The notes below the pieces were generated by a model, which was given only the letters and a program-made list of their open reading frames with translations, made no database searches and was not told where the DNA came from. Source: Octopus sinensis (lineage: Eukaryota). From it: a stretch of DNA of 64,000 nucleotides. Of the stretch, positions 51,707 through 63,430 are shown piece after piece. The first letter of the stretch is position 1, and each line of letters opens with the position of its first letter. The position numbers and the translations under genes were made by a program. Location: contig NC_043005.1 in NCBI RefSeq assembly GCF_006345805.1, positions 15,314,001 through 15,378,000 of the forward strand, in the 5' to 3' direction.

Positions 51707-52010
51707 TGTTATATTTGGGGACGGTCATCTTTTGCCAATTAAACACATGCGCTATTTATTTGATCTTCACTTCAGCTTTATTATCATTATCATTATTAAT
51801 ATTTGTCCGAATTCTTTCGTCACACATTCTGTGACCTCTTCAACGACTTTCTGTCCGTCTCGTATCCTCTTGTCCTGTCTATTCCAACGCTAAAAAAGTG
51901 AAGATCACATAAACAGTGCGTGTGTTTAATTGGCAAAAGACGACCGTCCCCAAATATAACAATGTGGTTTCAACATACGATTTCACATCAAGAATCTTGC
52001 AAAACAAAAT
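51707..52010. mobile_element. Fold-back repeat with hammerhead-like motif, Penelope-like element relic
   Basis: 66-bp inverted arms, HHR-like core on the minus strand at 51805-51847, and a downstream tract shared with 63386-63430. Confidence 0.65.
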
Positions 52011-53248
52011 ACACAGATATAAAACCAGTATTTTATGGTTTAAGTACGAACAGTATTCATTCGGATACAAGCATAACGCTATATAGTAAGGGTCTAATCG
52101 TAATTTACTAAAATATAAACAACACATACACAAAAGGGGTGGGGGGATGCACAATTTTTTAAAAATAACAGACTTCACTCATAAGCTTAAGAGATAAGTG
52201 TTTATCTCACTTTCCTAAATATTCGATAGGTTGACACATACACACACAATCCGGTTAAGTATTAGTCATCACCAAACTAAACGATTGATTTGCAGGACTG
52301 AAGAAATGGGTTTTAATTAAAAAAAAGTAAATGTAAAATAAAACACACACACACACTGCCTTGACACATGCTTTGAACGGTTTCACATCCAGAAAAGTAA
52401 TTTTTTCCCCTCTTTGTTCATAATATATATATACGGAAATTTTTAAATAAAATAAAAATAGATTCCTCCTCCTCCTTGCTCTTTAGATATAAATAGTAGT
52501 CTATTAGTTAAGAGGACGTCTAGAATTGAAGTAATAATTTAAAATAGTACTGCGTCTGGCGTTTAGTCAGAGCGAAATGCAAATTTTAAATGACGGATAG
52601 CAAAACTGTTATAACTATTAAGTGGCTGGTTGAGAGAGAATAGACGGGTTACATTTAATAAATATACGTAGGACCATGCAAGTGTATATGTTATGTATAT
52701 ATATATATATAAACACACATATACAAACCGGTTGGTTATTTCTGCATGTTAGTAAAAAGAAAAAAATGTGGATAACAGTAGGTTTTAAATACATTTAGAA
52801 GGAAACCATCAAGATATGAGAAACATGATACAGTTTATATATATGTTTATGTTTTTATGTTTTTGTTTTCCAGTTTCAGCTCTTGAGCTGTGGCCATGCT
52901 GGGGCACCATATTACATTTCATTAACATTATAAATAGAAGAAGAAAAAAAAAAAAAGAGATCTTTTTTCTTCTGCAAAGTCTTCGCGGACTGCACAACAT
53001 TTACGGTCATTAATTAGAAGCTGAAGAAAACCAATGAATAAAACAAATAATAAAAAGAAGAACAGACAAAATTTCGTTGAGCAGTCCAGGTAAAAGTGAA
53101 TGGAAAAAGGAAAGCTAAGGCAAATGTTTTTAAGGAATTGAAAACAGCACCACCACCCAGTCCCCTCCCCGAAAGCCCTAATGAATATCTCATGAACCGT
53201 TGTTCCGGACTTGTAAAAAAAAAAATATATAAACGTGGTGACCGGGAA

Positions 53249-53284
<36 letters not shown>

Positions 53285-53529
53285 AATAATTCGAGTGTTG
53301 CTGAATAAAAGAAAGAAAGAACAATCGGCCATCGTAACAATGACAAGGGAAGTTTCACTTAGCAAACAATCTAAAGGGAGAGAATGGCTTTTCTTTCCAG
53401 ATTTGAATAGAAACAAAAACACTGTCTCTCAATCCTATCTATCTATCAACTGATGCCGTCATCAATCCTAGAATCCTATAAATCCAAGTCGTGTCGCTCT
53501 CATCCATATGTACATATGTACGTGACTTC

Positions 53530-53677
53530 ATATATATATATATATATATATATATTACACATATATATATATATATAATTACACATATATATATATAATT
53601 ACACATATATATATATAATTACACATATATATATATATATATAATTACATATATATATATAATTACACATATATATA
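53530..53677. repeat. Minisatellite, six TTACAC units separated by variable (AT)n
   Basis: Directly visible, period about 18-26 nt. Confidence 0.9.
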
Positions 53678-53744
53678 CGCTAGACTTATATGATCTTAGC
53701 CAAATCCCTACAACTAAAATATATATTAAAAAAAAATTAACGAT

Positions 53745-53890
53745 TAACCGCGCCGAAGTCAACCTCGCCTTCTTTCTTTTCGGGGGTCGATGAAATAAAG
53801 TACCAGCGAAGTGTTGGGAGTGGATGTAATCGACCAAATCCCCATTGCCCACCCAAAAATTGCTGGTCTTGTGCCAAAATATGAAACCAT
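53745..53890 (+). mobile_element. Old family B-like SINE remnant
   Basis: gaagtcaacctcgccttt..ggggtcgatgaaataaagtaccag..aaaattgctggtcttgtgccaaaat. Confidence 0.7.
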
Positions 53891-54227
53891 TATTACCATT
53901 ATTATTATTACTACAACTACTAACAATAATCCTTATTATTATTAAGAGTAAGTGTTGTATGTGCAGAAATCTATTACGTGAGTTATAATTAATATGTTAA
54001 GACTTGTAACAAACGGGATATATATATGTGTATATATAAAATGCCTCGGTCTCGTTAAAACTTTTACACACAATAGCAAGGTGAGTCGAACTAGCTACTG
54101 GGGTATATGGGGAAAAAATGATTAAATAATTAATTAAACTATAATGGTGTGACTGAATGTTTCTTGCAAAATGCGAAATACGAACATTAACCGCATTTGA
54201 AGGTGGGTTGTAGCAATACACACATAC

Positions 54228-54267
<40 letters not shown>

Positions 54268-56141
54268 ATGGTATACACTATATACCATGCAGTTAAATAA
54301 AGATGCAAACCAAATATAGAACTCAAACAAGTTAAGTTGGTTTGCAACATATTTTCGTGCAAGGAAATACAATGCAAGCCCCTAGAATTTAAAGAATGCT
54401 CACACATATGTTGATTACAGTAAAAAAAAAAAAGTAGCAACGGACTCCTCTGATTGAGAAGACTAACAAGGCAAGTAGGGTGTTGTAATATAATGAAGGT
54501 GAAGAGGTAAACAAATGGAAATAATAAGATGTGATAAATTATTTGCTGATGAGGACAGAGAGGTGACAATAGTATGAACCACTCTGGCCATTTGGGATGA
54601 TGGAATTGGTGGTTTCTTTAAACAAGACTTTCAAAACAGAACTAAATTTTAAATTGTAAGCAGTCGGATTCCTAGAAGAATTTGAGAACAAAATGCAGAA
54701 AATACAGCAACAGAATTGTTAGAAAATATCAAATATAAAAAGGGGACAATGTAAGACGGAGAAAGGAGTAAAACAAAACCCCGACAAGGAGTTCAGATGG
54801 CGTACGCCATGTTAAAAACTATTTTTGCTACATACATTATTATTATCATTATTATTACTATTATACGAAAGAACAACTCGGATTCTGCTGATACATGAAC
54901 AACAATTACTTCAGAGATTTATAATAGTAACAGCAATTAATACATTAAAAAGAAAAATGTCAATCTATGGCCTTCATTTGTAAACGTGTATTGAAATTGC
55001 CGATGGTGAATGATATTAAGTAAGAGACTCGACCATTCCAGAGCTTTTTCTTCTTCATACAAAAAGAATCAAAAGAGACTAGAAAGAAAAATCTAGTACA
55101 ACAACCGTCGGTGATTAAAAGGCAACTATAACAACAGTTAATAGTAGACATATTACATTAGTACTAACTAATCAATGGAATGCGAAACACAGTTACACTC
55201 GACCCCTATGGTCTGACCGTTTCTAGGCTCATTTAAAAAACAAGCAATCTTGATTTCAGTTAGTAAATGAGACATTAAAAGTACGCACAGTAGTATGTAT
55301 CAACGATTTATTACATTTAATATCAATATATAGTGTATAAGCCTGACAGTTTCGGGAGGTGAGGAGGTACGTAGGCAGCAAATAGAGAATGTGTCAGATG
55401 GGGTGACACAAAGTGAGGGATCGGTCTGTAACACAACGTTAATTTAAAATGATCTCCGCACTATATTTATAACCAATGGGTATAATTAGAAGTGGAAAAT
55501 AAAAGAAAATCACGTCACATGTATTTATATATTCAGTCAGTTACGACATTTCTAGAGGGTATTTAAAAAAAAAAAAAAGAATTATATATATATATCTAAG
55601 AAAATACGGGTCGAAAGAGAATTCGTAATGATATCAATTAAACCGTTTGGTGCATAATTTCTGCTATGAATTTACAAGAAAAAAAAAGCCCATTACTTTC
55701 TTGATAGGGTAAGAAATTTTGAGAAATTAAAACAGAAATGCAGTGAAATTAATTATATACATAGAGTGTATGAACATGCTAAAAATATGAATACTAATTT
55801 TAGCATTTTAATATATATATATATATCTTAAAACTGCCATTTATTAAAATATACAAAAATAATTTTAAATATAATTTTTCGTAGAATAGAAATATTAAAA
55901 TTTTGTCTTATTATGGCAAGGAAGGAGAGGTTTAAAAAGATTTTTAGCCGCAAGGGTTAAACCTACACTTATACAACACTTATACATAATACTGGCTATA
56001 AGTGTAATTTCGTCTTTTCAATACGACACAAAATAAGGACACATTTATTGGCGATATACATACACACACATATCTGTAGGTAGAAAACGAAATGTATATG
56101 CAAAATAGTAATAATAATAGTAATATAATATAATAGCACAC

Positions 56142-56363
56142 CTGTACTACAGAATTAACTTCTTTGATACAATCAACCATAAGCTGAACAATCTCGGTAG
56201 TCTTGAACACTTCGAAAGGGAATTCCTCGGCGTCCTGTTTCTCTTGGGTGGTGGACGGCTCCGGTTCCATGGCCAGATCGACCAGTTCATCATCGTCGTT
56301 GTCTTCACTCGATCCTCCGTCTGGATCTTCATCGTCCAGCAGAATATCCTCGTCATCCATCAT
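56142..56363 (-). CDS. ARIH1: ARIH1 coding exon 1, acidic N-terminus (MMDDEDILL...DCIKEVNSVVQ), 222 nt
   Basis: ORF 55980-56363 matches the ARIH1 N-terminus up to VVQ, then donor CAG|GTGTGC at 56141. The second ATG (56360) has the better Kozak context (A at -3, G at +4). Confidence 0.92.
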
Positions 56364-57240
56364 TAGTGAAGGTGGGGGTGAACGAGAGAGAAGATGTTGT
56401 ATTTATAAACAAGACAGACTGGAAGGGAGAAGAGGGGGGCGGCGAGGATTTGTGAGAGAAAGAGAGAGAGGAAAAAAAAAAGGGGAAAAAGATATCACCC
56501 CAGCACCATAAGACAAGTTTAATCTTAATTTTTTTGGTTAGAATTGAATACGTTTGTCCAACGTTACAACATACATGTTACATGTATGTATGTATGTTTT
56601 GTGCAACAAACTAAAAGAGAAGACTGAAATAAAGAGAGAGAGAGAGAGAGAGTAATGCAGAAGAAACGTGAAGAAGAAGAAGGAAAAATATTGATCCCAC
56701 TATATATATATTTGCAAATAAATAGGGGGAATATATATGTGTTTCTGGTATTAGAACCGGTAACTAGTTGAGCAGGAGAAGTGTGTCTAAAGTAAGAAAG
56801 GGAGAGAGTAGAGTGTTGTGTGTGAGGGTGAACTCCAAGTTCGACTGGAGTCGATAGTAGAATATCTCTCAGCAGGAGTTGTAAAAATAATAATCCTTAG
56901 GTTCTTTTGTTGACGGCTGTGGCTGAGTCTTTTGTGTGTTTTTTTTTTCTTGGCTTTTGTATGTGTATTTGTGTGTGTGTATGTGTTCCTCTTTTCTGTG
57001 TTAGCTAAGTTTTAGTGTACGGGGGATTTGAGACAAAATATTTTGCTCCTCAAAAAAAGCGACAGAGATTCACCACTTTACAGGATACTACAACTAATAC
57101 AATCTGTTTAAAGAGGAGAGAAGAAAGCCGGTTTTTCTTTCCTCCGAAAAAAGAGCTTCCTTTTTTCCAGTTTGCTGCTGCTGCTGATTTTACAGAACAA
57201 CAGCAGCAAATGTTTTTTTTCACTTGTTTTTCCTTTTATA
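56364..57240 (-). promoter_or_regulatory. Probable 5' UTR/promoter region of ARIH1, with a candidate 5'-UTR acceptor at 56419-56420
   Basis: Immediately upstream of the ATG, CpG-retaining, with a strong polypyrimidine tract plus AG (cctcttctcccttccag) 55 nt before the ATG. The TSS cannot be located from sequence. Confidence 0.4.
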
Positions 57241-57261
57241 TATATATATACACACATCATA

Positions 57262-57331
<70 letters not shown>

Positions 57332-57407
57332 TATGTATATATATATGTATATATAGATGTATATATATGTATATATATATATATGTATATATATGTATAT
57401 GTATATA

Positions 57408-57460
<53 letters not shown>

Positions 57461-57622
57461 GTATATATGTATATATGTATATATATACAAAAACACACAG
57501 ACATATATATGTTTGTGTGTATGAATATGTATATCTATATGAAGGAGAGAGAAAAAGATCATTTTACGTCTGCTTTCCATGTTGCCATGAGCTGAACATT
57601 ATATATATATATGTATATATTT

Positions 57623-57670
<48 letters not shown>
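57238..57670. repeat. Long compound (TA)n/(TATG)n/(CA)n microsatellite field upstream of ARIH1
   Basis: Directly visible; source of the YIYI ORFs. Confidence 0.95.
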
Positions 57671-58189
57671 ATGCATGCATGCATCCATATATATTTATTT
57701 AATCGGTAAAAGTTAGTGACTCAAAGGCCGAGTTTCTTGCAGTGGCACGTGCATATGTGTACACACACACATATCTATATAAAATGCATGTATTTTTTTT
57801 TATACATGCATGAGTATACACACACACATGTGAGTGAGACGTATAGGCGTGCGTGTTGTGTATAGGGTTCTTGTTTTGTATAACTCTATACGAAGAGAAA
57901 TGGGGCAATTTTACAAAATACATACACAGTAGATGACACATTGAGAGATGCTATGAAAACTTTATTGTTTAAATAAATGGTAAAAAGCTGACGACGAATG
58001 CTTACTCTTTGCCTATAGAGAAATTGATTTTTTTCCCCCCTGTTGTGCAATATAACCTTAAAACTGCAAAGAGTGTAATATCTTTTACGGTGAATAATAT
58101 ACAGGGGAGAATTTAGCAAAATCTTGCTGCATTGCTATAATAGCGTTTATGACGTCATTGATACCAATGAGAATTATACATACATATAC

Positions 58190-58227
<38 letters not shown>

Positions 58228-60424
58228 CATATATATATATGTGTGTGTATATATAATTTTTATCATTGAATACTTTTTGAAAGGAGTTTCTTAGGTCTTT
58301 ATTTATCCTGCATTTTAATAAAATGTGTAAATTTATTGAAAGACGCTGCATTTATTTTTAAGTACCCAGTCTCTTGACTATACAACAGATGTGGTGTCGC
58401 TCATTTTCCCCCTGATAGGTTTGTCTAACACTTCTGATATTTACTGGCCCTGTTAATGCAAACATCTTCCTTCCTTTATAAGAAACCAAACACAAATGGT
58501 AAAATAGGAAAAATGTGATGAAAAAAAAAAAAATCCCATCTAATTGAGATATTTTTTTTAAAAGAGCAACTTCCTGTAAATATTCGTATTTTTCATGTCA
58601 CTAACAGAATATTTAAAAAGAAATAATGATAATTAGAGCGGTATTTCGTTTGCTTATATATATATATTCATTTCTAACGTCAAAATAAATTTTGGAGGTG
58701 AAAATTTCTTAGGCGTAATAGATATAAATGAGGAAATACGAAAATTACCGGCTTTACCCGAACACCGACTACTGACCGGCTTCCCTAAAATTTTCTCATT
58801 TTACTTTGTAGACAGCCTTTCTTTCTTTACAAATTAATTGCAATTAAATCTGTTGCTAAAATCGGAATAGTCCTCAAGTTCTTTTGTTTTAGTTTTGTAT
58901 GGTAGCCAAGTTTTTCACAGTGCAATTTTTTTGGCGCAATATGCTTTCCGACTGCATGAAAATTTAAGAATTTTTTTTATCTTTTTGCCTGTGTTTGTTG
59001 CATTTTTTTTTTCTTCTTTAAGACCAAATCTATCAAATATTTGCTGTTTTAAGTTAATGACGGCAAAGAAACGTTTTAATGTTGGAATTATATTTAAATC
59101 GTTAATATCTGAGTGCCGTCTTGATAGTCAAAACAGATCGTTGAATTAAATACATTAAGGTATTTAGCTTTATCCCTTATTCTGTTGAAATTCCCCTTGA
59201 TAGTGGTGTCTAGTTGTTTTGCATCTTCAAATAATAGATGTAAGCAACCACATTTCCCTTCGCTCTTCTACAAAAATTAACCTTGTGTTTTGTCACAAGA
59301 ATTCAAAATGAAAATGAAGAGAGAAGAGATGAATTTGTGTTTTATTTAATCTTTCGCGCAACATATGCTCTGGGTCGAAAAACCTGTCAAGGTTGAGTTG
59401 GTGTTTCGTCCTTGAGTTGCTTTATTCGATTACACCTCTGCCTTCCACCAAACAGCCTCGTGCTAAGTCCAAATCAAAATAAGAATAAATTTAGCAAGCA
59501 GCATTAATGAGAGCTGTTAATTTTTAATTATGCTTTTGAGACATTGCTCATTACTTGATCGCCAGTGGTGTAGTAGCACTAGGTTATGCACACAACATCT
59601 TGGTCACTACCTCACAGTTGATTGCTTACGCTTAACAATATTGCCTGTGGCATAAGCATCATGAAGCTCCTCCCACAACTGCAAACATCAGTACATTTAT
59701 TTCGGTTTAACTTTTTTTCATGTTCTAAGTTTAAATGCTGTTGGTTTGAGTTTATACAATATATATATAATATACTGTATCAGTTCTATTAATTATATCC
59801 CAAACATACAAATTTGGAATCTTGCACTAATGTCAGAAAGCATTATTAACACTCTTTCCAAAGGTTATGCAGTAATAGAAGCAGTGAAATACCAGATGTG
59901 AGTTCTAATTCTGCCAAGGTCAACTTAGCCATTCATCTTTCTAAAGGACTGGTTGATCAACTGTACTACTCTCCTACAAATTTGGGACATTGTGTTGTCA
60001 GAAATTGTTCTTTACACTAAAATTACTGAAGGCTGAGATCTTAACATTTAGTAACACACTTTCTTGACTAATATTAACTGTAAACCTCCATTACTCTGCA
60101 ATAAAGGTCTTTGGGTTTTAAATGATCTAATACAAAAATGACATAAAAGAAATTTGTAAATTCCTTTAATTTGAGCTAAGATGAGCTTGGAACTGTAAAA
60201 ATCTGTAAAACTCTCCCAGAAGTTTATCATTTAAGTATATATAAATCTGCAGATATACATACATACAAAAATATCCTGTTGTTGAAATTCCAATGAAAGA
60301 GCCTTGGATCTAGGTTAAAAACTGGCTCTTTCTCTTTAGACAAGAAATCTTGAAATAAAACTTGAATAATGACATACATACATGCATACAACCAATGTCA
60401 GCTTAGAACATGGATGTCAAATGA

Positions 60425-61200
60425 TGATAATCATATCATTTAATGTTAGTCTTTCATCCCGGCATGTGTTGGATGGTTTGACCAGATCTGATAGGTCAGA
60501 GAACTACATCATGCTTCAGTCTGCTTTGGCATGGCTCCTATTGCTGGATGCCCTTCCAAATGCAAATCACTTTATAGAGTGTAGTGTTTTTTTGTTTTTT
60601 TTGTGCAACCAGCACTAGTAAGTTCACTATGTAATCTGCAAGATTATAAACACCCTCGATTGAGTGGGAGTATTGTAGAGAAGGAGGTGACTTTATGTTA
60701 GGGAATGAGAGGTTGAAATACGAAGAGACAGGTATAGGTTTCTTGTTTTAGAGGAAATATGTAACTACCTTGCATAATATAAGAGTGATAGGAGTAATCA
60801 GAGTGGAGCTGACAAAAATAAAGACAGTGGTGATGAGGTGTCAGAATATACTCTTGGGGTACCACAAACTGAGTGGAAGAAAGAGCTGTGGCAGAAAATT
60901 GGGAGAAATGGTTCAGTAGAAATTGCTTGAGTGTTTAGGGAAGGTGAGGGATGGTTAGAGTTAGGGATAGGATTGTGGGGACGAATTTAGTGAATGCTGA
61001 ACAAAGGTGGACTAGTGGTCAATGAAGAATATGAGTTGGAGGAAAGGTAGAGATGAGTGGCAGTAAAGAAAGGTTGAAGAGCTGCAGAATAAAAATATAA
61101 TAGATTGGGAAAGGACAAGAGAAAGGGAGATGATAGCTGGGTAGGTTGTAAGACTATTGAGAGAGTAAGAGATATATGGTAATAGAGGTGGAGGTGGTCA
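60425..61200 (-). mobile_element. Old family C element with purine-rich extension
   Basis: tcatttaatgttagtctttcatcc..ggatgcccttccaaatgcaaatcactttatagagtg. Confidence 0.6.
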
Positions 61201-61230
61201 GAGGCACAAATCAGAAGCAATTTAAGATAT

Positions 61231-61617
61231 TCTTTTACTCTTTTACTTGTTTCAGTCATTTGACTGTGGCCATGCTGGAGCACCGCCTTTAGTCGAGCAA
61301 ATCGACTCCGGGACTTATTCTTTGTAAGCCCAGTACTTATTCTATCAGTCTCTTTTGCCAAACCACTAAGTGACGGGGATGTAAACACACCAGCATTGGT
61401 TGTCAAGCAATGCTAGGGGGACAAACACATACACACACATATATATACATATATATGACAGGCTTCTTTTCAGTTTCCGTCTACCATATCCACCCACAAG
61501 GCATTGGTCGGCCCGGGGCTATAGCAGAAGACACTTGCCCAAGGTGCCACGCAGTGGGACTGAACCCAGAACCATGTGGTTGGTTAGCAAGCTACTTACC
61601 ACACAGCCACTCCTGTT
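61231..61617 (-). mobile_element. SINE family A, full length
   Basis: Reverse complement of 62282-62666. Confidence 0.9.
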
Positions 61618-62281
61618 ATATACACATAACTAGTAACGTAGAAAGGATGAACAACAGAAAAAGTGAGTGGGAAGCGACAATGTTATGAATGAAGGATGAA
61701 TGTCAAAAGTAAATGCTTTGAGGTAGTGGGAAACATAAGTATGAAGAAATATGTAGTTCTGCTCTCATTGAATAACTGTAGCAGAATACTTCAGTTGTTA
61801 GGAGAGTGATGAAGGGATCATTGATAGGGAGTTTAGTGGTAGTGGAGAAAGTTTAACAGGGTCCAGCTGCGTATATACACATTATGCTTCTAGAACTTTA
61901 ATTTCACCATGATGGGCAGATATTCTTGAGTATCATGTATTAATTCTCATCTTGGTCCCTTGTCAGGTTCCCCATGAGACTCAAAACCCTGAGTCTTAAC
62001 TGCTTTTTCCCATGTCTTCATGAGGCTCTCTCTTCCATAAACAATATCCATATTAAGCAATTAGCACTTCTTTCTACAGCTGTACTCAGCTATATGTTTC
62101 ACATATCCATACCAGTGCAATCTTTTCTCTTGAACACTACATATTCCTCTTATGCTCAGCTTTCTCTCAAAATATTTGTTGTCAAACAAAACTTACAGTC
62201 CCAATGAAAACTAATCTGAAGTTAGGCATAGAAAGAAATGAAGAATAAGAAAATCTGATTGCAAACAGATTCTTTTCTAAA

Positions 62282-62666
62282 GGCGCAGGAGTGGCTGTGT
62301 GGTAAGTAGCTTGCTAACCAACCACATGGTTCCGGGTTCAGTCCCACTGCGTGGCATCTTGAACAAGTGTCTTCTGCTATAGCCCCGGGCCGACCAATGC
62401 CTTGTGAGTGGATTTGGTAGACGGAAACTGAAAGAAGCCTGTCGTATATATGTATATATATATGTGTGTTTGTCCCCCGAGCATTGCTTGACAGCCGATG
62501 CTGGTGTGTTTACATCCTCGTAACTTAGCAGTTCGGCAAAAGAGACTGATAGAATAAGTACTGGGTTTACAAAGAATAAGTCTCGGGGCGATTTGCTCGA
62601 CTAAAGGCGGTGCTCCAGCATGGCCGCAGTCAAATGACTGAAACATGTAAGAGAGTAAAAGAGTAA
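62282..62666 (+). mobile_element. SINE family A, full length
   Basis: A and B boxes, microsatellite and tail. Confidence 0.9.
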
Positions 62667-62689
62667 TAAAGAATCAGCCTAATTAAGCA

Positions 62690-62815
62690 TGCAAATCCAC
62701 TTACGAGGCTTTTGTTGGCCCAAGGCTATTGTAGAAGACACTCACCCAAGGTGCCATGCAGTGGGACAACCCATAATCATGTTGTTGAGAAGCAAGCTTC
62801 TTACCACACAGCTAC
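62690..62815 (-). mobile_element. SINE family A head fragment
   Basis: gaagacactcacccaaggtgccatgcagtggga..cttcttaccacacagc. Confidence 0.75.
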
Positions 62816-62974
62816 ACGTGTGGAGGAAGTTAAAAGTTATGACCAATCATAGAATGAGAAAAAAAATATGACTTTTAACTTCCTAAAAACTATATCACTG
62901 TTATAATGCTGTAGAGTGTGTTTCTTTTTCAGATATATGAACTGTTGACTATAAATATATATATATATATATAT

Positions 62975-63430
62975 TGTTGTATTTAGGAATGGTCATTTTG
63001 CCAGTTTAGCCAATAAAAACACACGCACTATATATTTGGTGTTAATTTGCTTCAGCGTTATTTATTTTTTACATTAATCTTAATCTTATTTCAGCCAGAG
63101 TTCTTTCGTCGCACTTCTGTGACCTCATCAGTGGTCCTTTGCTTTCTTCTTTCTTATTTGTGTGTTTCTCCTTACTAACGGTCAGCCATTTATTTAATCG
63201 GTAAAAGTTAGTGACTCAAAGGACCACTGATGAGGTCACAGAAGTGTGATGAAAGAACTCTGGCCGAAATAAGATTAAGATTAATGTAAAAAATAGATAA
63301 CGCTGAAGCAAATTAACACCAAATATATAGTGCGTGTGTGTTTTTATTGGCTAAACTGGCAAAATGACCATTCCTAAATACAACATCTGTTTCAACACAC
63401 GATTTCACATCAAGAATCTTTCAAAACAAA
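62975..63430. mobile_element. Young palindromic Penelope-like element relic carrying two hammerhead-like motifs
   Basis: 167/169-bp inverted arms (4 substitutions, one 2-nt indel), 75-bp spacer; CTGATGA-G-stem II-GAAA-GAAC-TC in each arm. Confidence 0.7.
63221..63265 (+). ncRNA. Minimal type I hammerhead-ribozyme-like motif (mirror copy 63093-63137 on the minus strand)
   Basis: GGACCA-CTGATGA-G-GTCACA/GAAG/TGTGAT-GAAA-GAAC-TC-TGGCC; core boxes intact, short stem I and stem II form. Activity unproven. Confidence 0.55.

Larger units (their letters stand above)
312..56363 (-). other. ARIH1: Ariadne-1 (RBR E3 ubiquitin ligase) gene span within the window; 11 coding exons, 3' end lies beyond position 1
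   Basis: The exons below splice with GT-AG ends and consistent phases into an open 387-codon frame matching ARIH1 domain order. RING2 reads [19 protein letters not shown]. Confidence 0.97.

Noticed and set aside
53530-53677. Regularly spaced repeat resembling a CRISPR array
   Set aside because: Eukaryotic context; the spacers are just (AT)n, so it is a minisatellite.
52928-54569. 164-190 aa hydrophobic minus-strand ORFs
   Set aside because: Low-complexity, poly-T and microsatellite-driven, intronic; no domain resemblance.
312-56363. Possible U12-type introns in ARIH1
   Set aside because: None of the 11 donors matches GTATCCTT/ATATCCTT; all look like U2 GT-AG.
56147-56511. Overlapping alternative-frame and antisense ORFs over exon 1
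   Set aside because: Expected by-products of a GC-richer acidic exon; no independent support.
57015-57702. Several 94-176 aa ORFs rich in YIYI/IYVY
   Set aside because: Translations of (TA)n microsatellites; no coding evidence.
58690-59150. CpG-containing segment suggesting a divergent promoter or second gene
   Set aside because: No exon, credible ORF or splice pattern found; cannot be supported from sequence alone.
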